NCBI GenBank assembly: GCA_963708295.1
Contig: CAVPSJ010000011.1
Coordinates: 96,001-160,000 of the forward strand
Source: an uncultured delta proteobacterium
GTDB taxonomy: Bacteria; Desulfobacterota; BSN033; UBA1163
Direction: 5' to 3'
Length of the DNA: 64,000 bases
Part shown: piece after piece, positions 31,194-42,732 of the stretch
Layout of the letters: each line of letters opens with the position of its first letter
How positions within the stretch are numbered: position 1 is the stretch's first letter
Made by a program: the position numbers and the translations under genes
Notes under the pieces: generated by a model
Seen by the model: the letters and a program-made list of their open reading frames with translations, nothing else
Databases searched by the model: none
Told to the model about the DNA's origin: nothing

Positions 31194-32372
31194 ATGAAGG
31201 TCATGACAGCCATGTATACGATTAGAAGAGGGGGGGCTTACGACAGGTTCATTATGATGCTTGAGGCCTTTCTGGATAGAAATTGTGAAACGCATTGTCT
31301 CTCGCTTACGCCTATCCCGATCACCAATTCTTATTTTCATAATCATGTCATGTATCTTCCACTTAAATCGGTACATGGATTAATTGCTAAATTGGCTGTA
31401 GTATTTGTATTCCCTCTATGGTCTTTCTGGGTCGCCTGGAGAGAGAAGATTGATCTTATTATCGCCTTCGGATCTCTCTATGCCTTTCTGCAAGGTTTTT
31501 CTAAGTGGATATTGAAAAAACCAATGGTGACATTGATCAGGGGAAGCTCCTACTTTGGCTTAACAACTCAAAGCTCACCCCGATACCTTCTTCATCTCAT
31601 TAAGATAGTTGAATATTTCGGGCTTCTACTTTCTGACCGGATCATCACTAATAATATGGCCACAAGAAATGAGATGTTAAAGAGGTTAGGCAAGAGGAAG
31701 AACATCGACGTCCAGATCTTGTATAACAATATCCCTCCAATGAACATTCGTGAACCAGAAGATATTTCCAATACGAGAGACAAATATGGCATTCCTGGAG
31801 ATGCAAAGGTTCTAGTGACCGCTGGCATTCTAAACCGGGGTAAGAACATTGAAACTCTTATAGAAAGTCCCTTTCGAAGATTCGAAATGAAAAACGTTTA
31901 TCTCATAATCGTTGGAGATGGCTCAACAGAGGCCGATTTAGGCTATAAAGATTCGCTGCAAGGATTCGCGAAGACAATTAGGGGTTGATAAAAAGGTTAT
32001 TTTTACAGGGTGGCTTGAAAAGGAAGACTTGTGGAAGATTTATCTTGCATCCGATCTCTTTGTATTGCCTTCATTGAGTGAAGGGATGCCCAATGCCATG
32101 TTAGAAGCACTGGGACTTGATTTGCCTTGTCTCGGAAGCAATATTCCCGGAATCAAGGATATTCTCCAATATGATGAACTTCTTTTTGATCCTTTTGATG
32201 TAGAATCATTTTCTTCAGAATTCAAAGGATATTTTCTCATGCCAATGATTTCGATGCGGTGAGACAATTGTGTCAGGAAAGAAAGAGCAAATTCATTTTT
32301 GATTGGAAGGAAAGGTTTTATGGGTTAAGTTGTGCATTTTCATCCAAAACATGTTCTTGGGAAAGTGGGTAA
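31194..32372 (+). CDS. GT4 glycosyltransferase; frameshifted, end approximate
   Basis: GKNIETLI, DLFVLPSLSEGMPNAMLEA. Confidence 0.8.
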
Positions 32373-32388
32373 CGTGAAGCAGGATTTA

Positions 32389-33186
32389 ATGAACCTGGAC
32401 AGGGCTGGAAAATCATACTGGGACCATAGGTGGGAGAATACTTTTTTACCTGAAGTGATTAATCCATATCGGTCCAGGTCCAGATCATTATTTGGATCGG
32501 AAGTTTCATGATTTTTTCCGAGGGGTGTTTTCAGACAGGGAAACGGAGAATAAGACGTTACTAGAAATTGGCTGCGCAAGATCGATATGGCTTGCCCTAT
32601 TTTGCAAAGGAATTTGGGTTTAAAGTTTATGGCATTGATTACTCTGAAATAGGGTTGTCAGCAAGCAATGCAAATATTATCAAACGAAGGAGTAAAAGGT
32701 GACATTGTTTGTGCGGATTTCTTTTCGCCTCCTGAGTCTATGATTGAGGAATTCGATGTAGTGATTTCGTTCGGGGTCCTCGAACATTTCGAGGACACCG
32801 AAGGCTGCATTTTAGCTTTTTCACAATTTCTCAAGCCGAAGGGAATTTTGATAACAAACATTCCAAACCTTATTGGTTTGGTAGGATTAATTCAAAAGCT
32901 GATCAATCGAAATGTACTTGATATTCACGTTCCTCTATCTCCCGAGGAGATTTTGAAGGCGCATCAGAAGAAACATGCTTGAGCCGGTCTCATGTGACTA
33001 TTTCCTTGTCTGCAAACTTTGGAGTGTGTGAATTTTGAAAATTTGAGAGGCAGCTTCATTTATACATGGATTCTTCAGTCATTCTGCTGGTTGAACAGAA
33101 TAATCTGGTTCATTGAAAAGCTAATTCCAGTGAAACCAAATCGTTGGAGTTCGCCTTATATCAACTGTGTTGCGATTAAACGCTGA
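32389..33186 (+). CDS. Class I SAM-dependent methyltransferase; several apparent frameshifts
   Basis: LLEIGC, GIDYS, FDVVISFGVLEHF, LKPKG across frames. Confidence 0.75.
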
Positions 33187-33262
33187 AATCGATGTTGTGA
33201 ACCTTGGGAAAGAACAGTTCTTGAGTACGTTATCTTTAAAAGAGTAGTATGAAATAGTTGTT

Positions 33263-34700
33263 ATGGGCATAATCAAGAAAGTATTCGGAGCTTCAGCAAT
33301 AATTATATTTGCAAATGGTTTAAATCGGTTATTTGCTATTTTGGCAGCTCCCGTTCTTACCCGGGTGTTGGGCCCTGCACCATATGGAATCATGGCATTG
33401 GTAGGGACTGTTACCAGTTTGGCATCTACGTTGAGTCTTCTTGGAATTGATATGTCCTATGCAAGGTTTTATTTTTCGAAAACAAATACAACCAGTCAAG
33501 CGGTGGAAAAATTTTGTTGGCGTTATGCTATTCTTTCTTCAATAGCCGTTGGTATTCTATCTATTTTTGTGTGGCAGTTACTGTTAGGAAAACCCTATAA
33601 TAGCTTCCTCATCGCTCTTATGGTGGGTCTTACGATAATATTATTTGTGACCAATACGATGTCCCAGACCGGCGCACGTTTGAGGGAGAAGTATCGTCGC
33701 ATGGGATTGGCAATCATTGCTTCGGGGATCTCCGCAACCTTAACAACGATTCGGTTAGCAACGCTTTGGCGTACAGATGAATGGCCGCTTTTGATAGGAT
33801 TTACTCTCGGAATACTGATGAGTGTCGTCGATCACGGGTATCCCCAAGGGTAATTCGTTAGCAAGAGCATCTGGATTAACGGTCAAGGAGAAATGGTCTA
33901 TCGTTAAGCTGGGGTTACCAGGCTTGGTTACAGGAACTATGTATTGGGTACTGAGTTCTTCCGATCGCTGGTTTCTTAAACATTTTTTGGGGGAACAGGT
34001 CGTAGGAATCTACTCCTTTGCATATAATGTAGCAATCATCGGAATAATTGTAAATACTGCCATGGTATTGACATGGTTTCCGGAATCAATAAAAGCTTAC
34101 GAAAAAGATGGCGTAGGAGCTTCCGCAGTTCTTGGGGAGGTTTGGGGGGGGTTGGCTCTCCTTTTGTGCTTAGTCTGGTTGATGGTTGCTTCGATCGGTG
34201 GCGACACTATTCGATTTTTGGCAGACTCGCGATTTCATAGAGGCGCTGCATATGTTCCATGGATCGCTGGAGGTGTTTATTTTTACGGTATGGCCCAATT
34301 AGCTAATACTGGATTGCTAATCTCAAAGAACATGAAGCCTGCTGCAAGTCTGTGGTTCATCGGAGGTGTTCTTAAACATTATTTTAAACTATTTTATGAT
34401 TCAAGTATGGGGAGCTTACGGTGCAGCAGTAACAAATTGTTTGAGCTTCGGTTTATTTATTTTGGAGTAATGTGGAAATCAATAAAGCTTTTTAAATTGA
34501 ATTTGGCGTGGGAAAAACTTCTGGGGGGAGGAATAGTTGTTCTGATATGTGGTGTGGTAATGAGCCCACCGTGGCACTCTTATCCGCTGGTAAGCATTTG
34601 CCTGAAGCTTCCAATATATTTTGGGATTTCACTATGTTTGATCTGGTTGACTGTACCAAGTTGGGTGCGTCAGTTTAAGGCCCAGTTGAAAAGGTGTTGA
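33263..34700 (+). CDS. wzx: Wzx-type oligosaccharide flippase (MOP superfamily); frameshifted
   Basis: PVLTRVLGPAPYGI, SDRWFLKHFLGEQVVGIYS, many TM helices. Confidence 0.8.
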
Positions 34701-34716
34701 TGAGAGGAATATCATA

Positions 34717-35913
34717 ATGAAAATACTCTCAATCCTTCCGTTTAGTCCCCCTTCAAGGTTATGTGGCGGCGCAGAGACCCAGATGCACTCTATACACAAA
34801 GGGCTCTTGTCGCAAGGCATTGATATCCAAGTACTAGCAAGCATTTCAGAGGTAGGTTCATCATATCAAGAGTATGAGAAGGTTCCGATTTGGGGGATCA
34901 ACTTTCCACTGTTGACCTGCAGTATATTACATCCATTGAATATCATATCTTGGTTAAATTGGAAGAGGATGCTTAAGTTTGTCGACGAGAAGATTCAAGG
35001 AATCAATCTGATCCAGGTAACCCCATTTCGGGAACCCGCCTTTTGGGGGCATTGGCTTTCCAGACATCTTAATGTGCCCTGGTTGGCAAGAATGGCTGGT
35101 AGTGGATCAAACGGCGATTTCAGGTACATGTCGAATTTTATTTCGAGAAATTTTCTAATGAGACGTTCACTTCCGGCACTGCGCGCGAGTTGTTCTTCCA
35201 TTATTGCCCTTGATGATGAAACTCAGAAAGAAGCAGTTGCAAACGGATTCCCAAAAGAAAAAGTCGTAGTGATTTCGAACAGCTTTGTGCTAAACGAGAT
35301 GCCAGCCCTGGAAGTTGCCCAGGAGGTTCCGACGAAGGGTATATGCCTTTTCTTGGGCAGGATAGTAAGCGGAAAAAGAGTTAAGGATTTGATTAGGGCA
35401 TATTCTATTTGCACGAGAGGGCAGCTTGAGATACCTACCCTGTGGGTAGTAGGGGGCGGAGATACCGATTCCGTCCACGTAATGGTGGATAGTTTGAACC
35501 TTCAGGACACAGTGACGGTTTGCGGCCACCAAAAGGAGGTCGAGAAGTTTTTGCAAAAGGCCATTTTCATGGTAAACCCTTCCGAAAGCGAAGGTTTCCC
35601 GAATTCTATCCTAGAGGGATGCGCGTTCGGTGTACCAGCAATTTTGTCAGACATCCCGGTCCACAGAAGGATTGCGAAGGGGACGGGTATGGAGGATTTT
35701 TTGTTTCCAGTAGGTGACGAAAGACTCTTGGCGGAAAAAGTTGTCCGTTTTCTTTCATTAAAGCAGAAAGACGTAATTGATAAACGAATTCGATCCTTTC
35801 AATATGCGCAAGGTTTTAGTCAAAAAAAGAGAAACGAAGCTTATCTTACTTTATACGATAGGGTTATTAGGTGCCATGGCGTGAAAAATGAACCATCGAC
35901 GAAAGGCAATTAA
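34717..35913 (+). CDS. GT4 glycosyltransferase
   Basis: GGAE N-terminal loop, GKRV, SESEGFPNSILE; intact ORF. Confidence 0.87.
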   Translation: MKILSILPFSPPSRLCGGAETQMHSIHKGLLSQGIDIQVLASISEVGSSYQEYEKVPIWGINFPLLTCSILHPLNIISWLNWKRMLKFVDEKIQGINLIQVTPFREPAFWGHWLSRHLNVPWLARMAGSGSNGDFRYMSNFISRNFLMRRSLPALRASCSSIIALDDETQKEAVANGFPKEKVVVISNSFVLNEMPALEVAQEVPTKGICLFLGRIVSGKRVKDLIRAYSICTRGQLEIPTLWVVGGGDTDSVHVMVDSLNLQDTVTVCGHQKEVEKFLQKAIFMVNPSESEGFPNSILEGCAFGVPAILSDIPVHRRIAKGTGMEDFLFPVGDERLLAEKVVRFLSLKQKDVIDKRIRSFQYAQGFSQKKRNEAYLTLYDRVIRCHGVKNEPSTKGN

Positions 35914-36011
35914 AACTAAGGAATCAGGCAAGGGATCTCGGTGTGATATTGCACCAAAAGTAACTTATTCAGATTATCAATTTTCAAACGTTGATTAGGG
36001 AATTGTAAAGA

Positions 36012-36866
36012 ATGAACCGTTCGACAAATCACCATAAAAAAAGGGTAACCCAAGAGAATCGATTTGAGTTTGGAATGAACTGGATGCGATTTCTTTCAAT
36101 GTTAGATGAAAATCGATTATTACAAGCCGAGAACTCGCTGAAGCAAATGCTGGAGATCGATGATTTAAACGGAAAATCCTTTCTTGATATCGGGTCGGGA
36201 AGTGGTTTGTTTTCTCTTGCTGCCAGAGAATTAGGCGCGGAAGTCCATTCACTTGATTATGACCCGCAGTCGGTGGCGAGCACCTTGGAACTAAAACGAC
36301 GTTATTTCGCGGATGATGCAAACTGGACAATTGAACAAGGCGATGTTCTGGATACGGACTATCTCCATGCTCTTGGACAATTTGACGTGGTCTACTCCTG
36401 GGGGGTTCTTCATCACACAGGGGCGATGTGGCAAGCGTTAGCGAATGTCGTTCCGCTTGTTGTTCAGGAAGGGAAACTTGCTATTTCAATCTATAATGAC
36501 CAAGGGATAACGAGTCTGCGCTGGGCCAAATTGAAGAAGTTCTATAACCAATCTTCCAGACCTGTTCGGATGTCCATTGTGCTAACGGTGGGAGCCTTTC
36601 GTCTTTTCAGTCTGGCATTGAATCGACTCACCAAGTTCCAGAATCCCCTTCCTTTTAAGGAATGGGCCGAAAGCAAGAAAGAGAGAGGGATGTCTGTTTG
36701 GCATGATCTTGTCGACTGGGTGGGCGGCTATCCTTTTGAGGTTGCAAAACCTGAAGAGATTTTTGATTTCTACCGAGAAAAAGGGCTTCATCTTGTTAAG
36801 CTAAAGACATCCTGGGGTGGTTGTAATGAGTTCGTGTTTCTTCGAGAAAATAAGAGGAAAACATGA
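36012..36866 (+). CDS. Class I SAM-dependent methyltransferase
   Basis: FLDIGSGSG, FDVVYSWGVLHHTG, DWVGGYPFE; intact ORF. Confidence 0.88.
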   Translation: MNRSTNHHKKRVTQENRFEFGMNWMRFLSMLDENRLLQAENSLKQMLEIDDLNGKSFLDIGSGSGLFSLAARELGAEVHSLDYDPQSVASTLELKRRYFADDANWTIEQGDVLDTDYLHALGQFDVVYSWGVLHHTGAMWQALANVVPLVVQEGKLAISIYNDQGITSLRWAKLKKFYNQSSRPVRMSIVLTVGAFRLFSLALNRLTKFQNPLPFKEWAESKKERGMSVWHDLVDWVGGYPFEVAKPEEIFDFYREKGLHLVKLKTSWGGCNEFVFLRENKRKT

Positions 36867-38043
36867 AGGTTTTAATGGTCATTTCACAGTTTCATCCAAT
36901 AATTGGTGGCGCCGAGAAACAGGCAAAACTGCTTGCAAAGAAATTGATTGAGAAAGGGATTAACGTAACGATAGTGACAGGATGGTGGAAGTTTGGAACG
37001 CCTCGATAGAGAAATGCTGGATGGGATAATGGTTTTCAGGAATTTTTCATGTTGGGGGATGTTTGGAATTAGGGGAATTCGGACCTTGGGAGCGCTTATC
37101 TATATGTTCACTCTTGCTCTTTATCTTCTCGCCCACCGGCGAGAATACGACATCATTCACGTTCATCAGGCCTTGTACCCCGCTTTTGTTGCTGTGGTTA
37201 CTGGCAAAGAAGTTCTTGGAAAGCCAGTCATTGTTAAGACGGCGAGCTCGGGCATGACAAGCGATATTAAGCAACTGAAGGGATACCTATTAGGAAACAT
37301 GCAACTAAGATATCTTATTAAAAAGATGCGTTGTCTGGTTGCAAATAGTAAAGTCGGAGGAGATGAATTCAAGGCAATAGGTTTTCCAGAGTCGAAAATT
37401 GTTCTTATCCCGAACGGGGTTGAGATTCCAAAAGAGAGAAAAATCCTTTTCGGTGAAGTGAAAATCGTAACTGCTGTCGCAAGACTAAGCCTGGAGAAAG
37501 GAATCGATGTTCTGCTAAAGGCATGGGCGGAGGTAGCGGCATTGCACCCGACGCTAAAACTGATAATTGTTGGTCAAGGTCCTTTAGAGTCGTCACTGAA
37601 AACACTACGTAAGGATTTAAGATTGGCTGACTGTGTGGAGTTCGTTGGGGCAATTCTTAATGTGAATGAACGGTTGATCGATTCTGACCTTTTTGTGCTT
37701 CCATCGAGGACCGAAGGGCTATCGAATGCACTATTAGAGGCCATGAGTCACGGGTTGCCGTGTATTGCGACAAATGTTGGAGGTAATTTTGAAATTATTG
37801 GAGAAGATGAAGAGGTAAAGATTAATCCGGGGCAATTTGCCACCGGGAGGAACGGTTTACTCGTCAACCCCGACGATGTTGAGGGGATGTTCTGAGGCAA
37901 TGCTCTACTTAATTCGAAATGAAATGGAGAGGCAAAACATCGGTAACAGAGGAAGGTTATATATCCAGGAGAATTATTCTATCGATCTGATAACCGATAA
38001 ATATATCGAATTGTATCAACGTACGGTAGGTAGGAAATCCTGA
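36863..38043 (+). CDS. GT4 glycosyltransferase; two apparent frameshifts
   Basis: FHPIIGGAEKQ, EKGIDVLL, PSRTEGLSNALLEAM. Confidence 0.85.
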
Positions 38044-40031
38044 TGTGCGGAATCTGTGGAGAGATAGACTTTAATAGAGGCGTGAAGGCTGAGCCCATTC
38101 AAAGGATGTGTAGAGTATTAGATTATCGAGGGCCTGATGATGAAGGCATGGTCTTCATCAAAGGCAATGAATGCTTTGAAATGAAGGGTCCTTCACAATC
38201 CTCTCTTGGAACAAGCCGGCTTTCAGGTCGGTTTAGGTCATCGGCGCCTTTCCATCATCGATCTTTCGGAGGCTGCTCATCAACCCATGTACGAATGAGG
38301 ACGGAACGATCTGGATCGTCTTCAACGGAGAGATTTATAACTTCCAGGAGATACGAGAGGGGTTGGAAAAAAAGGGACATTTCTTTAAATCGAAATCGGA
38401 TACGGAAGTCATCCTGCATGCCTATGAAGAATGGGGTGTTGAGTGCCTGAACCGTTTGCGTGGCATGTTTGCGTTTGCGATATGGGATTCAACACTGCAG
38501 CGTTTATTCATGGCCCGGGACCGACTTGGGAAGAAACCTTTGGTTTATTTTAATCAAAACGGGCAGTTTGTCTTTGCTTCGGAAATTAAGGCCCTTCTTC
38601 AAGTTCCAGGGGTCGAAAAGAAGGTAAATGGGAATGCTATCCATCATTATTTAACTTATCAATATGTCCCTTCTCCGGATACCATCTTCGAAGGTATCAA
38701 AAAACTTCCTCCTGCCCATTACCTCCTTTATGACCGGGATGGAAGTCTAAGAATAGAGCGCTACTGGAGGCTCCATTTTAATTCGAGCCATCATACTGAC
38801 ATCGACCTGCAAGAGCTAAGTGATCGAATACGAGACAGAACTCGAAGAATCTGTGAAGCTCAGGTTGATCAGCGATGTTCCCCTGGGCGCTTTTCTGAGT
38901 GGAGGTAGTGGATTCGAGTCTAATCGTTGGAATGATGGCAAAGCTGAGCGGAGCACCCTGTCAAGACCTTTTCGATCGGATTTGAAGAAAAGGATTTTGA
39001 TGAGCTTTCCTATGCGCGAGATCGGTTTCAAACCATTTTTCAACAGACCATCATGAATTTATCGTCAAGCCCGATGCCATTGAAATTCTTCCGAAACTTG
39101 TGTGGCATTATAATGAACCGTTTGCCGATTCTTCTGCGATTCCGACTTATTATGTCGCTAAGATGACGAGGGACTATGTGAAGGTCGTGCTCACGGGAGA
39201 TGCGGGGGATGAAAATTTTGCCGGTTACCCAAGGTATCTGCGGAGTAAGTGGTTAGTTCTTTTTTCCAAGACTGCCGAGACGATGAAACGGGATATTCTC
39301 CCCCCTTTGTTGAGAATGACTGCTCAATTTCACTGGAGGGAAAAGACCTTGAATCGCCTGGCCGCTTTCATCGAATCTATCTCCTCCAATCAGGTGAGGA
39401 ACTATGCAGAGCAGGTGAAAATCTTCAATGCGGAAGAGAAGGGAAATCTCTATTCTCCTCAATTCATACAGGAGGTGAGGGAGAGCGATTCGGTCGAGTA
39501 TCTCCTCGGCAAGTTTGAGGAAGCCGGGACAAACGATCTGATTGACCAGCTATTATATCTCGACATTAACACCTATCTACCTGAGGACCTCCTTGTCAAA
39601 ATGGATATCGCCACCATGGCCAACTCTCTGGAGGCAAGGGTTCCCTTTCTGGATCATCAATTTATGGAATTCATTGCAACCATCCCCTCTCATTTAAAAT
39701 TGAAGCGAACGGTCACTAAGTACATTCTCAAACAAGCCTTTTCTGATTTTCTCCCTCAAGGCTATTCTGACACGAGGGAAAATGGGGTTTGGAGTTCCAG
39801 TTTCAAGATGGTTTAGAAACGAATTAAAGGATTATGTCTATGAAATTCTATTGGACCCAAGGACTCTAAATCGGGGATATTTCAGCGAGAGATGGCATTG
39901 AGCGCCTGCTCAATGATCATATAGCAGCCCGTTACGATCATTCCTCGAAGATCTGGGCTTTACTCTTTTTGGAGATTTGGTTCAGGGTTTTTATCGATAA
40001 AGAAGGAGATTCTTTTTTACATGGAGTTTAG
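38043..40031 (+). CDS. asnB: Second AsnB-type glutamine amidotransferase; several apparent frameshifts
   Basis: MCGICG, RGPDD, ARDRLGKKPL, EPFADSS, GDAGDE, LEARVPFLD across frames. Confidence 0.85.
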
Positions 40032-41932
40032 ATACGAATGGAGTACGACCAATTCGGTGCCGTTGAACTTGAGGGCGGCAGCAAACCCGTCAAGCTAATC
40101 GGGCTCTGTCTTCCTTATCTCGGTATTTGTTGCAATACTCTACTTCAATTCTTTAGGGAATCAGTTTACAAATTGGGATGATGGAATGATCTATCAAAAT
40201 CCTCCAAGTCCGAAATTTGAATTGGGATCGGGATTAAAAAAATATTTACGCTTCGAACCAGGGAATACTTACCAGCCCATCCGGATGCTCAGTTATGCCA
40301 TTGATTACAAAATCTGGGGACTGAACCCCCTAGGATATCACATCACCAACATTCTTTTTTATATATTAACCTGCATTATGGTCTTCTTCACCCTCCGTCT
40401 CCTCTCTGCTGAATTAAGAGAAGGAAGCCTCTCCGGACTCTCATGGACGGGTTGCCATTTTTGGAGCACTTCTTTTTGCCGCCCACCCCGTGCACGTCGA
40501 AGCTGTCACTTGGCTTGCGGCCAGAAAAGAAGTCCTTCAAGGATTCTTCTTCTTCCTTGGATTCTATCTCTACCTCAAGGCAAACAAGGAGACCGGACGA
40601 AGAGCCTTTTACTTTTACCTAAGTCTAGTGGTCCTTTCCATTCTTTTGGCCACTCTTTCAAAACCTTCTGCAGTTATCTTCCCAGGGGTTATTGCTGTGT
40701 ATGAGATTTCTAAAAGAAAAAAGGAGGTCGTTGCTTATTTCAAACGTCACTGGGTCTTCCTTATCTCCCTTCTAATCCTATCGGCCATCTTCACATTCAT
40801 TTTAATAAAAGTGATGTTGGAAGCAGGAGGCATTAAACAATATAAGGGGGATAGCTTCGCAAGTAACTTTCTGGTTTGCGTCTACGTGTTTCTGCAAAAC
40901 ATTAAACTTCTTCTCTTCACGGTGAATTACTCGGCAGCTTATTCTTTTTTTGTGAATATGCCGGTTTTTTGTCTGACGAATGTGATCTTACTCCTCATCA
41001 CGATCGGTCTTTTTGCCGTCAGTGTCCTATCTCTTCGGCGGACCAAGATCATCTTTTTCTCCTTCTTTTTCTTCTTTATTGCGCTTCTTCCTTACTTGAA
41101 TATTATTCCCATCAGTACGCTCAAGGCGGACCGCTATGTATTCATAGCGTCTTTTTCCTACATTCTTCTGCTGGGAGTTGCCTTTGACTATCTATATGCT
41201 TATCAGCACAAAAGGTTTTCTCAAGGATTCTTCAAATTACTGTCGGTAACACTCTTTTTGTTTCTCTTAACAGGCTATTCATTTATGACCATCCGACAAA
41301 ACACCCTATGGCAAAACAGCTACACTTTATGGGCTGACGCAGTTGAAAAACACCCTGAAAGCAACACGGCGAACGCATTGATGGGTGTCGTTTACATGGA
41401 TTTGAGAATGGATCAAGATGCAATAAAACATCTCGAAAAGGCCGTTCAGCTAGTTCCATACGATTACCAATCCCGGAATAATCTTGGCATTGTTTATGGC
41501 AGATCGGGTGAGCCTGAGAAAGCATTGAAGGAGTTCTCAGCCGCGATGCAGTTGATGCCCGATGATGATACTATCAAAATCAATCTATCTGTTTTTTATC
41601 AGAGGCATAAAGAGTATAAAAAAGCCGAAGAGGTTCTCCAATATTTGTTATCGAAGAATCCTCAAAATGCCAATCTTCACTACCGATTAGGCCTTATCTA
41701 TAGAGATGCGGGTCGCTATCAAGAGGCTGTTTCAGAATTCCTAAGATCCGTAGAATTAGCTCCGCACATCATCAGTGGTTATGAGGAACTCGGAAATATA
41801 TATGCGACACGGATTGGCGATTTGGAAAAGGCGAAATATTATTATGGGAAGGGCATTGAAGCGGCACCCAAAGCAAAAGCCAGAATTGAAGATCTGAGGT
41901 GGATGGTGCAAGATTTGGAAAGCCACAAGTAG
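40021..41932 (+). CDS. TMTC-like membrane glycosyltransferase (GT-C) with C-terminal TPR repeats; frameshifted N-terminus
   Basis: NQFTNWDD, YQPIRMLSY, GYHITN, HVEAVTWLAARKE, ADRYVF, WQNSYTLW, then TPR repeats. Confidence 0.78.
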
Positions 41933-41969
41933 AGTAGGGTATGGCGGATCGCACAGAGAGAGGATTTGA

Positions 41970-42731
41970 ATGCTGAGTGTTGTTTCGATTATATTCGGGG
42001 CACTGATCGGTAGCTTTTTGAACGTCTGCATCTTTAGACTGCCCAAAGAAGAATCTATTGTCTGGCCAGGATCCCACTGTCCGCATTGTAAGAATCCGAT
42101 TAAGTATTACGACAATATCCCTCTGATCAGTTACCTTTTGCTAGGGGGGAGATGCCGCCATTGCCGTGGCACGATTTCCTTTCAGTATCCGCTCGTTGAG
42201 GGAATCACAGCCCTCAGCTCACTGATTTTGTTCATGAAATTCGGACCCTCCTTAAGTTATCTCTTTTATTTTATTTTCGTTGCCGCCCTCATTGTCGTCA
42301 CCGTCATCGATCTCTATCATCAGATTATCCCGGATGTGATCAGCCTTCCAGGGATAGGAGTAGGTTTACTGGCTTCTCTGATGATTCCCCAAGTCACTTT
42401 CTTAAGTTCCCTGGGGGGCGCCCTATTGGGAGGTGGGGGCTTATTTTTGGTCGCAACCCTGTATCAATGGCTCTTTAAAAGAGAAGGTATGGGAGGAGGA
42501 GATGTTAAATTGCTGGCGATGATTGGCGCTTTCCTGGGGTGGAAAGCCGTCATCCTTACTATTCTTTTAGGCTCACTTATTGGTTCTATTATTGGTATAG
42601 GCCTTATGATCTTGAAGGGAAAGGATTTTAAGTACGCCATACCCTTTGGACCATTTCTTTCCATGGGTGCCGTCATCGCTCTTTTTTATCAAGATGGAAT
42701 CATAGCGTGGTACCTGCAGTACAAAGGATGA
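41970..42731 (+). CDS. pilD: Prepilin peptidase/N-methyltransferase
   Basis: GSFLNVCIFRLP, two CxxC pairs, GMGGGDVKL, PFGPFL. Confidence 0.96.
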   Translation: MLSVVSIIFGALIGSFLNVCIFRLPKEESIVWPGSHCPHCKNPIKYYDNIPLISYLLLGGRCRHCRGTISFQYPLVEGITALSSLILFMKFGPSLSYLFYFIFVAALIVVTVIDLYHQIIPDVISLPGIGVGLLASLMIPQVTFLSSLGGALLGGGGLFLVATLYQWLFKREGMGGGDVKLLAMIGAFLGWKAVILTILLGSLIGSIIGIGLMILKGKDFKYAIPFGPFLSMGAVIALFYQDGIIAWYLQYKG

Positions 42732-42732
42732 C

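Noticed and set aside
34144-34151. G8 tract in wzx as a phase-variation switch
   Set aside because: Short and in frame; the observed frameshifts are mostly not at long homopolymers
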